A stretch of 58,373 bases of DNA, the filler included, from a bacterium (GTDB lineage Bacteria; CLD3; SB21), in assembly GCA_013360215.1 (NCBI GenBank). It is 3 parts of 3 records of this genome, joined end to end, with 100 filler letters (N's around TTAATTAATTAA, not from the genome) between each part and the next. Parts side by side here need not be neighbours in the genome. Positions count along the whole stretch, not along the records: positions 39,930 to 58,373 come from JABWCP010000040.1; 2 more parts are not named here. The stretch is one strand, 5' to 3'. The position numbers and the translations under genes are program-made. Every line of letters begins with the position of its first letter. Position 1 is the stretch's first letter. Under the pieces are notes generated by a model. It searched no databases. It was not told the origin of the DNA and worked only from the letters and a program-made list of their open reading frames with translations. Positions 50,367 through 58,373 of this stretch are shown here, one piece after another.

Positions 50367-50696
50367 TTAATCAACAATGAGGAGTTTGACGCCCGATGCG
50401 GAATACGAGCGGTGCGGTTCGGCATGATCGGCTACGATATAACTCATGCCTTGCGTGAGTTCAAATCGGCGCCCGTCTTGCAGTTCGGATACAAAAGCGC
50501 CTTCCAGCACAAACACGGCATGGCCTTTTTCACACCAATGATCGGCGAGATAACCGGGTGAATACGTCACGATACGCATGCGTACATTACCGTGCGAAAC
50601 GGTTTGCCACAACGCTTGGCCGGTTTCGCCTTGATGCGTCACCGGCGATGTATTGGATAAATCAAAAACCTGAAATGGTGCGTTTTCAATACGCAT
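50367..50696 (-). CDS. DHCW-motif cupin protein
   Basis: YSPGYLADHWCEKGH, GVKLLIVD; AAGGAG RBS. Confidence 0.88.
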   Translation of the reverse strand: MRIENAPFQVFDLSNTSPVTHQGETGQALWQTVSHGNVRMRIVTYSPGYLADHWCEKGHAVFVLEGAFVSELQDGRRFELTQGMSYIVADHAEPHRSYSASGVKLLIVD

Positions 50697-50837
50697 AGAA
50701 AAAACTCCTTAACCGATAGAGTAGTGAAAAAACGAATTAATAGCGGCCTCATGATTGTCAAAATATAAGCAGTAAATCAAGCGCTCGTCGTTTTAGCGCA
50801 TTTAAATTCAATTATGAAGGTTTTGATAATTTTTGAG

Positions 50838-50886
50838 TCTTCGCGTCTTGGCGAGAATGAATTTACCCTCGCAAAGCCGCAAAGAG
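50838..50886. repeat. REP-like inverted pair
   Basis: CTTCGCGTCTTGGCGAG / CTCGCAAAGCCGCAAAG, 14/17 complementary; same motif at 56405-56524. Confidence 0.65.
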
Positions 50887-50982
50887 ATATAGAAAGAAAT
50901 TTTTTGATATAGTAAGTGCACATACCTCTCAAAGATAGTCGCCGAATCAACCGTACGTCGCAAGTACGCAATTACGAGGCTG

Positions 50983-52425
50983 TTAACACATTAAATTCGT
51001 CTCACTCCAAAATTTCAACAGGAGATTGCGGGCCACCGTGCGTCTAAATTCGGCACCGGAGCGCGCATCGGATATGGGACGAAATTCCAAGTCAATGAGG
51101 GGCATTGCAGATTCGATGGCAGCGCGTGTCCAAGGTTTGCCGGTGAGGAAAGCTTCGGTGCGTTCGGCACGTTTGGTTTTTTCAGCCATGCCGCCATAAG
51201 CCATAATGATTTTTCGGATGGCACCGTCGTTGCTACGCTCAAGCCGAAATGCCGCGCTGACGGTGGATATGTCAAGGTCTTTGCGCTTAGATACCTTGTA
51301 TGAACGTACAATCGTACCGGGTTGGACTTTGGGAAGTTTTACAGCCGTGATGATTTCATCGGCTTTACGAACGGTCGTACGGTAACCGGTGATAAATGCA
51401 TCCATATCCACGCGGCGTTGACCGTGTACGCTTTCCAATAGAATTTTGGCTTGATACGCCAATAATACGGGCAACGTATCCCCGATGGGCGAAGCGCTTC
51501 CGAGATTTCCGCCGAGCGTGGCGAGATGACGTATTTGCAGCGAGCCGAATACTTGGAGTATGTCATACAGCGCAGGGTGTGAAGTTTTTACGATGTCTCG
51601 CACTTGGTTGAGCGAAAGTCCGGCACCGAGGATCAATTTGTCGCCCGATTCCGATACATTTTTGAGTTCCGGTACATCGGAGAGGTCGAGAATAGAAGTA
51701 AGCGATTCGTGCTTTTTAGTCACACGCAGTGTGATGTCGGTGGCGCCGCTGATGATCAGGGCTTCCGGGTGTTCGGCAAGGTAAAGTAAGGCCTCACTGA
51801 GAGTGGCGGGTTTGACATAGCGATGGTGCACTGTGTGAATCGCAATCGTCCCGTGTATGATCGTCGAAAGCTGATCGTAGTGGCGCGATTCGTTTTCGCT
51901 CAGCGCGTCGTGCCTTTCATTCACACAGGCTGTGGCCGCCGCTTCGACGATCGGACGGTAACCCGTGCAGCGACAGAGATTACCGGTCAGCGCATCGTTG
52001 ATGGTTTCGCGCGTGGGGTTGGGATGATTTTTATACAGTGCGAACATGGACATGACGAAACCCGGCGTACAAAAACCGCATTGCGTTCCGTGTTTTTCGA
52101 CCAACGCATGTTGCACGGGGTGAAGATGTTTTTCATCGCGTGTGAGGCTTTCTACGGTCAGAAGCTGTTTACCATGGAGCATCGGTAAAAATATCAAACA
52201 ACTGTCCACGGCGGTGTAGCGTACCGTGCCGGCTTGTGCGGTTTCGCCGATGACCACCGTACATGCGCCGCAGTCGCCTTCCGCGCAACCTTCTTTGGTG
52301 CCTTTGCGATCCGGCAAACTGCGCAGGTACTGCAGGACCGTCGTGATCGGTGTATAAGGACAGTCCGGTCCGAACGTAATAGATTCGTGCCGACCGTCGA
52401 GTAAAAAAGAAATCGTGTTTTTCAT
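50983..52425 (-). CDS. xdhA: Xanthine dehydrogenase small (FeS/FAD) subunit
   Basis: GTKEGCAEGDCGACTV, QCGFCTPG, GNLCRCTGY, GGNLGSASPIGD, YKVSKR. Confidence 0.96.
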   Translation of the reverse strand: MKNTISFLLDGRHESITFGPDCPYTPITTVLQYLRSLPDRKGTKEGCAEGDCGACTVVIGETAQAGTVRYTAVDSCLIFLPMLHGKQLLTVESLTRDEKHLHPVQHALVEKHGTQCGFCTPGFVMSMFALYKNHPNPTRETINDALTGNLCRCTGYRPIVEAAATACVNERHDALSENESRHYDQLSTIIHGTIAIHTVHHRYVKPATLSEALLYLAEHPEALIISGATDITLRVTKKHESLTSILDLSDVPELKNVSESGDKLILGAGLSLNQVRDIVKTSHPALYDILQVFGSLQIRHLATLGGNLGSASPIGDTLPVLLAYQAKILLESVHGQRRVDMDAFITGYRTTVRKADEIITAVKLPKVQPGTIVRSYKVSKRKDLDISTVSAAFRLERSNDGAIRKIIMAYGGMAEKTKRAERTEAFLTGKPWTRAAIESAMPLIDLEFRPISDARSGAEFRRTVARNLLLKFWSETNLMC

Positions 52426-52475
52426 GAGCCAACTTTCAGGATATCAGCCGTGATAGGGGATAACGCGTGACGGAA

Positions 52476-52805
52476 CTACCACTTTTTGAATATGAAAAAA
52501 ACAGCAGCGATCATCAGAGCGAAGCCCACGAGGTAATTCCATTTTAATTCTTCTTTGAGGTACAATACGGAAAACACACAAAATACGGTAAGCGTGATGA
52601 CTTCCTGAATGGTTTTGAGTTCTGCGGCATTAAATCGTCCGTGACCCCAGCGATTGGCCGGCACTTGAAAGCAATATTCCACAAACGCGATACCCCAGCT
52701 TATGAGAATGGCAATCCACAACGGCGAATCTTTATACTTCAGATGGCCGTACCATGCAAAAGTCATAAAGATATTGGAAATCGTCAGGAGTATGATCGTG
52801 TCCAT
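52476..52805 (-). CDS. DMT superfamily protein (DUF486)
   Basis: SNIFMTFAWYGHLK, EYCFQVPANR, LKTIQEVITL. Confidence 0.9.
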   Translation of the reverse strand: MDTIILLTISNIFMTFAWYGHLKYKDSPLWIAILISWGIAFVEYCFQVPANRWGHGRFNAAELKTIQEVITLTVFCVFSVLYLKEELKWNYLVGFALMIAAVFFIFKKW

Positions 52806-52828
52806 GCAAATTGAATTCGTTTGTCTTC

Positions 52829-55800
52829 CTACATATTCCTGCGGTATTGACCGCCGACCTTATACAGCGTGGAACTGATTTGTCCCAAGGAACATGTTTT
52901 GGCCGTTTCCATCAGTTGTTCGAAAATATTGCCGTTTTGCAGAGCCACTTGGGACAACGTGTCCAAGGCGCCTTGGGTCGTGCCATCGTTGGTTTTCCAA
53001 AAATTATGCACGTTGACGATCTGCTGTTCTTTTTCTTCTTTGGTTGAGCGGATGAGTTCCGTCGGTTGCGCTTCGCTTACGCCTTTGGGATTGAGAAACG
53101 TATTGACGCCGATGATCGGAAGTTTGCCGTCGTGTTTGAGGCTTTCGTACAGCAAAGATTCTTCCTGTATTTTATTGCGCTGATACATCGTTTCCATCGC
53201 ACCTAATACACCGCCGCGTTCGGAGATGCGATCAAATTCGCCCAGAATCGCCTCTTCCACGAGATCGGTCAACTCTTCGATGATGAAAGAGCCCTGGAGT
53301 GAATTTTCATTCTTCGCTAAACCGAGTTCTTTATTGATGATGAGCTGAATCGCCATGGCACGTCGTACGGATTCCTCCGTCGGCGTCGTGATCGCTTCGT
53401 CGTAGGCATTGGTGTGGAGCGAATTGCAGTTATCGTAGATCGCCATCAGTGCTTGCAGCGTGGTGCGAATGTCGTTGAAATCAATCTCCATCGCATGCAA
53501 ACTGCGACCGCTGGTCTGGATGTGGTATTTGAGTTTTTGCGAACGGTCATTGCCTTTGTATTTGTACTTCATGGCGATAGACCAGATGCGGCGCGCACAA
53601 CGACCGATAACGGAATATTCCGGATCAAGCCCGTTGCTGAAAAAGAACGAAAGATTCGGCGCAAAGTCGTCCACATGCATTCCGCGCGAGAGATAGTATT
53701 CCACAAAAGTGAATCCGTTGGATAATGTAAAAGCGGCCTGCGTGATCGGGTTGGCACCGGCTTCGGCGATGTGGTATCCGGAAATGCTGACGGAGTAGTG
53801 ATTGCGAATTTGTTTACGTACGTAATAATCCTGCATGTCGCCCATCATTTTGAGAGCAAACTCCGTCGAGAAGATACAAGTGTTCTGCGCCTGATCTTCT
53901 TTGAGAATATCCGCCTGCACCGTGCCGCGCACGACCTTGAGCGTATCGGCTTTGATTTTTTCATAGGTTTCCCGATCTACCAAGCGGTCTCCCGTCGTGC
54001 CGAGCGTACCGTATCCGAAAAGCACGCCGTCGTATTTGATGGCTTTTTCATAATGCGGATGGCTGTGATCAAATTTGGTTTTGTTCAGTTTATCCGTTTT
54101 ACCGTTTTGCCGTAGGTGTTTTTCGACCTGTTGATCAATGGCGGTATTAAAGAACATGGCGAGAATCATCGGCGCAGGGCCGTTGATCGTCATGGAGACG
54201 GACGTATTGGGATCGCAGAGGTCAAATCCGGCATACAGTTTTTTCATGTCGTCGAGCGTACAGATCGAAACGCCGGAATTGCCGATTTTGCCGTAAATGT
54301 CCGGACGGTAATCGGGGTCTTCGCCGTAGAGCGTGACGGAATCAAACGCCGTGGACAAACGTGCATAAGGCTGAGATTTGGACAAATAATGAAAACGACG
54401 ATTGGTGCGTTCGGGTGTTCCTTCGCCGGCAAACATACGCGTCGGATCTTCGCTGGTGCGTTTGAATGGGAAAACGCCGGCCGTATAGGGAAATTCGCCG
54501 GGCACATTTTCTTTCATGATCCATGACAGCAGATCGCCCCAATCCTGATACCGAGGGAGGGAAACTTTGGGAATGCGTGTACCGGAAAGCGAGTGCGTCG
54601 AAAGTTCGTTGATGATCTCCTTATCGCGCACTTTGGTGATCATTTTGTCCTGTGCATAAAGTTTTTTAAATTCATTCCACTCTTCGAGGCGTTTACGAAA
54701 TTCCGGGCGCAACCGGATATTCAGATTATCCAACATGCGATCAAGCGCGGTGATGAGTTCGGCGGTATTGGATACTTTATTAAAATCAAGTTGTACCGAT
54801 CCGTCCACGCCTTGCTCCATATCAAACGAGCGCAACTGTCCGCCGGCGATTTGATCCTGATTTTGAAAAACCGACTTGGTGCCGCTGAGTTGATAGATTT
54901 TACGCGCTACGTCGGATTGTTCTGCCGCAAAACGGTGATAACCCCGGACCGTGTCGGTGATTTCGCTGAGGTACCGCGTCCGTTCGGGCGGGATGATAAA
55001 TTTCTTTTTACTCATCTCATCCGTCATCGTCATACGGGTATTCCAGCCGATGTTGGTTTTTTTATTAAGCGCGGCGATGAGATGCACATACAGCGTATTG
55101 ACGCCGGGATCGTTAAATTGGCTGGCGATGGTTCCGAAAATAGGCAACGTTTCGTCTTCGGCGGTAAACATCTTGCGGGAGCGTTTGTACTGTTTGCGTA
55201 CGTCGCGCAGCGCGTCGAGCGAACCGCGTTTGTCAAATTTGTTGAGCACGACGATATCGGCAAAATCAATCATATCGATTTTTTCGAGCTGGGTCGCTGC
55301 GCCGAAATCGCTGGTCATCACATACATCGCGACATCCACGAGGTCCACGATTTCCGAATCCGACTGACCGATACCGGCGGTTTCGACGATGATGAGATCA
55401 AACGCTGCGGCTTTGACGATTTCGATAGCTTCCTGAATGGCTTTACTCAGTGCCAGATTGGATTGGCGCGTGGCGAGCGAACGCATATACACGCGGTCAT
55501 TGACGATGCTGTTCATGCGAATGCGGTCACCCAGCAGAGCGCCGCCGGTCTTACGTTTGGACGGATCAACGGAAATGATGGCCACGGTTTTATCCGTAAA
55601 ATCATGAATAAAACGGCGTACCAGTTCGTCCGTGAGTGAACTTTTGCCGGCGCCGCCGGTACCTGTGATGCCGAGAATCGGTATGCGTGTAGCCGGTTTG
55701 ATTTTTTCTAATTTTTTACGAAGCTGGTCGAGTGCGCCGTTACTTTCTTCGACGGCGTTTTCGGCATACGTGATCAGTTTGGCGATGGTGCCCGGATTTT

Positions 55801-56278
55801 TTTTAGGTAAAGCGTCCACTTCGCCGTTGACGTGATCGATCGTCGGAAAATCCGTACGTCGCAGCATATCGTTGATCATGCCTTGCAGCCCCATGATGCG
55901 ACCGTCTTCGGGGGAGTATATCCGGTCAATGCCGTACGCTTCGAGTTCTTTGATTTCGTCGGGAACGATCACACCGCCGCCGCCGCCGAAAATTTTGATA
56001 TGTTTGGCGCCTTTCTGATTGAGCAGATCGCGCATGTATTTGAAGTATTCGACGTGGCCACCCTGATACGAACTCATCGCGATGGCTTGCGCGTCTTCCT
56101 GTATGGCCGTATTGACTACGTCTTCGGCGCTGCGATTGTGTCCGAGGTGAATGACTTCCGCGCCCGACGATTGCAGGATACGGCGCATCACATTGATGCT
56201 CGCGTCGTGCCCGTCAAAAAGACTGGCCGCAGTAACAAATCGGATTTTATGTTTGGGTTTGTAAACTTCCGTTTCCAT
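52829..56278 (-). CDS. icmF: Fused isobutyryl-CoA mutase / MeaI GTPase chaperone
   Basis: N-terminal B12 domain [52 protein letters not shown]. Confidence 0.96.
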   Translation of the reverse strand: METEVYKPKHKIRFVTAASLFDGHDASINVMRRILQSSGAEVIHLGHNRSAEDVVNTAIQEDAQAIAMSSYQGGHVEYFKYMRDLLNQKGAKHIKIFGGGGGVIVPDEIKELEAYGIDRIYSPEDGRIMGLQGMINDMLRRTDFPTIDHVNGEVDALPKKNPGTIAKLITYAENAVEESNGALDQLRKKLEKIKPATRIPILGITGTGGAGKSSLTDELVRRFIHDFTDKTVAIISVDPSKRKTGGALLGDRIRMNSIVNDRVYMRSLATRQSNLALSKAIQEAIEIVKAAAFDLIIVETAGIGQSDSEIVDLVDVAMYVMTSDFGAATQLEKIDMIDFADIVVLNKFDKRGSLDALRDVRKQYKRSRKMFTAEDETLPIFGTIASQFNDPGVNTLYVHLIAALNKKTNIGWNTRMTMTDEMSKKKFIIPPERTRYLSEITDTVRGYHRFAAEQSDVARKIYQLSGTKSVFQNQDQIAGGQLRSFDMEQGVDGSVQLDFNKVSNTAELITALDRMLDNLNIRLRPEFRKRLEEWNEFKKLYAQDKMITKVRDKEIINELSTHSLSGTRIPKVSLPRYQDWGDLLSWIMKENVPGEFPYTAGVFPFKRTSEDPTRMFAGEGTPERTNRRFHYLSKSQPYARLSTAFDSVTLYGEDPDYRPDIYGKIGNSGVSICTLDDMKKLYAGFDLCDPNTSVSMTINGPAPMILAMFFNTAIDQQVEKHLRQNGKTDKLNKTKFDHSHPHYEKAIKYDGVLFGYGTLGTTGDRLVDRETYEKIKADTLKVVRGTVQADILKEDQAQNTCIFSTEFALKMMGDMQDYYVRKQIRNHYSVSISGYHIAEAGANPITQAAFTLSNGFTFVEYYLSRGMHVDDFAPNLSFFFSNGLDPEYSVIGRCARRIWSIAMKYKYKGNDRSQKLKYHIQTSGRSLHAMEIDFNDIRTTLQALMAIYDNCNSLHTNAYDEAITTPTEESVRRAMAIQLIINKELGLAKNENSLQGSFIIEELTDLVEEAILGEFDRISERGGVLGAMETMYQRNKIQEESLLYESLKHDGKLPIIGVNTFLNPKGVSEAQPTELIRSTKEEKEQQIVNVHNFWKTNDGTTQGALDTLSQVALQNGNIFEQLMETAKTCSLGQISSTLYKVGGQYRRNM

Positions 56279-56404
56279 GCTGTATCCTTAAAAAATAGAT
56301 TTTGCTTAATTTGAAGGTACGCGTGAAACATAAAAAATTTGCCGCACATTCTCAACGGGTTTGTGGGGAAATGAGTGATAGATAGACAATAGCATTTCTC
56401 TCTT

Positions 56405-56524
56405 CTTAGCGTCTCTGCGAGAAACAATTCATGTTCATGAGAAGTTACAACGATCAAATTGGAATACATGCTCGCCAAGACGCTAAGAACTTGTAAAGTT
56501 TTTCTGTTTAGCGTCTCTGCGAGA
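56405..56524. repeat. Cluster of three REP-like units in alternating orientation
   Basis: CTTAGCGTCTCTGCGAGA (56405), CTCGCCAAGACGCTAAG (56471, inverted), TTTAGCGTCTCTGCGAGA (56507). Confidence 0.75.
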
Positions 56525-56550
56525 TGTTTTTATACTCATATATAGCAACT

Positions 56551-56583
56551 AAAAAAAACGGCACAGGCGAATAACCTGTGCCG
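56551..56583 (-). terminator. Intrinsic terminator
   Basis: CGGCACAGG-TTATTCG-CCTGTGCCG-TTTTTTTT on the minus strand. Confidence 0.85.
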
Positions 56584-56608
56584 CGTAAATAGGTATTTGA
56601 TTCTTTAC

Positions 56609-58373
56609 TTACTTCATCAGCGTGATCTTGTGGCTTTGTGTGAGAGTGCCCGCTTCAAGCCGCACGATGTATATGCCGCTTGGTTGCATATTGCCGCTGT
56701 CATTGGTTGCATCCCACTGCACGGTGTGCCTACCGGTGGACTTGACACCACGATAAAGCGTCTTCACTTTCTGCCCGAGCGTATTATAGACCGTCAGCTT
56801 TATTTGCGTCTCTTGCGGCACTTCAAAGGCAATCGTTGTACTGGGATTAAAAGGATTAGGATAGTTGGCGGTGATTCTAAACTGTTCGGGCATGGAAGAA
56901 AGTGAGGATGCGGAAGAAGTTTTGGACAATAATGCCGGCTTGATCTCAGGCGTAGTGCTTGGGATTGTTTCCGGTATAGATTTTGCCCCCATTGATTCCT
57001 CTTGATCCAATGCTTCTACATATGGGTCAAGTCCTTCCGTATAAGGATCGTTTTCTGTCCAGCGGAAGTGATAACCTGAGGCACGTACGGTTTCTTTGAT
57101 CGGACGAAGCCATTCTTTTTTCTCCACATCGCTCATCGTACTAAAGTCTAGCTGCAATCCGTAAGAACTCGAATTGTCAGACGCTACGCTTTGCGATAGA
57201 TCGCTCTCTTTTGAAGCTATCGGATTACCGCCACAACCTTCACACTGGCCTACATAATCTACTGAATAATCTTCTGCGGTGTACATTGCTACCTCATTGA
57301 TGGTGTCCCGCATAAAATAACGAAGCTGGAAGCAATATTCGTATGAATCCATAGGGACTACGCTAGCCGACGCTCCTGTAGATAGAGGCTGCCATACACC
57401 GCTAAAATTCCATTTGATGAACCATTGGAAACTGGCTTTGTATGATCCGGTCATATTAGAATAATAATTAAGCGTTTGTTTCTGTGTGAATATCTGCGGC
57501 CCTTGTACGGCAGCTACATGATTGCTCTGCTTATATATCGCTTTGGCATCCACGGCATTGGAGGCGACATAAAACGTCCGCACCGTATCAAATAATACGC
57601 CGTCAGACCATTTGCTAAAATAGATATTACTACCGGCTTTTAGGCGGGTCACGACGGGTACATTGGTGCCCTGAAAACCCAGTGCAGCGCGGTAAGTCTG
57701 ATCTTTGGCCAAAGTTTGATTTACTCCATTGATACTCACTGTGACGGGTGACATGGCCGCTGTTGAAGTCGGAGTAATACTGAAGTTTTTGAAAAATGAA
57801 GTAACCGGTGCGCCTATCTCAGCTATGTTCCATATAGCGCGTGTAGCGCCCTCGCTTATCGGTGTTGATAGTAAGTTCTCGTATTGACTGCAATACAAAT
57901 TATTTGTTGAAGCATCGTAGGTAACGAAAAAATCTTTATTCGGATAGTAGGGACTACTGGAACTAATATTTCCATAGATATCACGGCCATACCGGCAATC
58001 CCGTGTATCAATAGTAATCGTGCGCGAAAACGTTAAGTTGATTGTTATCGTTATCAGATATTTACCGTAATCAAAAATGCGGTCGCACCCATTATTACTA
58101 GGGCTAGTCGTCGAATAGCCTTGAGTTGAAGCACCCACCAACAAAATATCTTTATTGAATGTTTGTTCCAAATACTGGGTGTGACCTGCCGGGATCGGAG
58201 TGAGCGAACTATCGTAATGTACATCGCCAGTTGATAGGTCAAATCGTGGTGTCCATTTGATCTGAACATAACTAGTACCGTAATTGATGATTTTTACTTT
58301 CAATTCGTAGGTAACCAACAGCCCATCGGCATAGAGATGATCAAGGCACGCAAGGCCTAAAACAATAAAAATA
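56609..58373 (-). CDS. Secreted protein with T9SS type A/FlgD-Ig-like C-terminal domain; 5' end outside the window
   Basis: NYPNPFNPSTTI...VYNTLGQKV...WD...SGIY...KITLMK; frame open to the window edge reading IFIVLGLACLDHLYA-D (signal peptide). Confidence 0.85.
   Translation of the reverse strand, partial: IFIVLGLACLDHLYADGLLVTYELKVKIINYGTSYVQIKWTPRFDLSTGDVHYDSSLTPIPAGHTQYLEQTFNKDILLVGASTQGYSTTSPSNNGCDRIFDYGKYLITITINLTFSRTITIDTRDCRYGRDIYGNISSSSPYYPNKDFFVTYDASTNNLYCSQYENLLSTPISEGATRAIWNIAEIGAPVTSFFKNFSITPTSTAAMSPVTVSINGVNQTLAKDQTYRAALGFQGTNVPVVTRLKAGSNIYFSKWSDGVLFDTVRTFYVASNAVDAKAIYKQSNHVAAVQGPQIFTQKQTLNYYSNMTGSYKASFQWFIKWNFSGVWQPLSTGASASVVPMDSYEYCFQLRYFMRDTINEVAMYTAEDYSVDYVGQCEGCGGNPIASKESDLSQSVASDNSSSYGLQLDFSTMSDVEKKEWLRPIKETVRASGYHFRWTENDPYTEGLDPYVEALDQEESMGAKSIPETIPSTTPEIKPALLSKTSSASSLSSMPEQFRITANYPNPFNPSTTIAFEVPQETQIKLTVYNTLGQKVKTLYRGVKSTGRHTVQWDATNDSGNMQPSGIYIVRLEAGTLTQSHKITLMK

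Noticed and set aside
50952-50977. CGTACGTCGCAAGTACGCAATTACGA short quasi-repeat after xdhA
   Set aside because: Too short and single-copy to support a call.
54593-55639. 348-aa plus-strand ORF, and similar ones opposite alaS, pnp, infB and nusA
   Set aside because: Antisense shadows of well-supported genes.
56405-56524. Possible CRISPR array
   Set aside because: Units alternate in orientation, are only about 18 nt, are irregularly spaced, and no cas genes are present.

Overview
Bacterial draft-genome window made of three unrelated contigs (1-19972, 20073-39829, 39930-58373) joined by 100-nt N spacers carrying the artificial linker TTAATTAATTAA. The organism is probably a diderm of the FCB superphylum (inferred from a YPNPFNP-type C-terminal sorting domain, a FadL-like barrel and lipoproteins). 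Contig 1 has envelope lipoprotein/barrel genes, hbd, an MCP, a HipA-like kinase, an AT-rich AraC-SnoaL-DOMON islet, gnd, recX, thpR and a DAK2-DegV fusion. Contig 2 has a tuf 5' end, two tRNAs, glmM, alaS, ald and the rimP-nusA-infB-rbfA-truB-ribF-rpsO-pnp cluster. Contig 3 has a Mesh1-like hydrolase, an ECF sigma locus, udk, xdhA and xdhB split by a WD40-caspase cassette, and icmF. The most striking signal is that contigs 1 and 2 both end in the same 98-nt sequence, which looks like a mobile-element terminus. In both cases it starts exactly 19 bp upstream of the -35 box of a sigma70-type promoter, in the same orientation and in otherwise dissimilar flanks. This suggests a promoter-targeting transposable element (n=2; no transposase is visible). 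Other observations are a likely nonsense mutation in the SnoaL gene, three matching ECF promoter motifs, two families of short inverted repeats, a long pnp leader hairpin and an Mpv17-like gene beside udk. Product calls come from motif recognition only; no database search was run.
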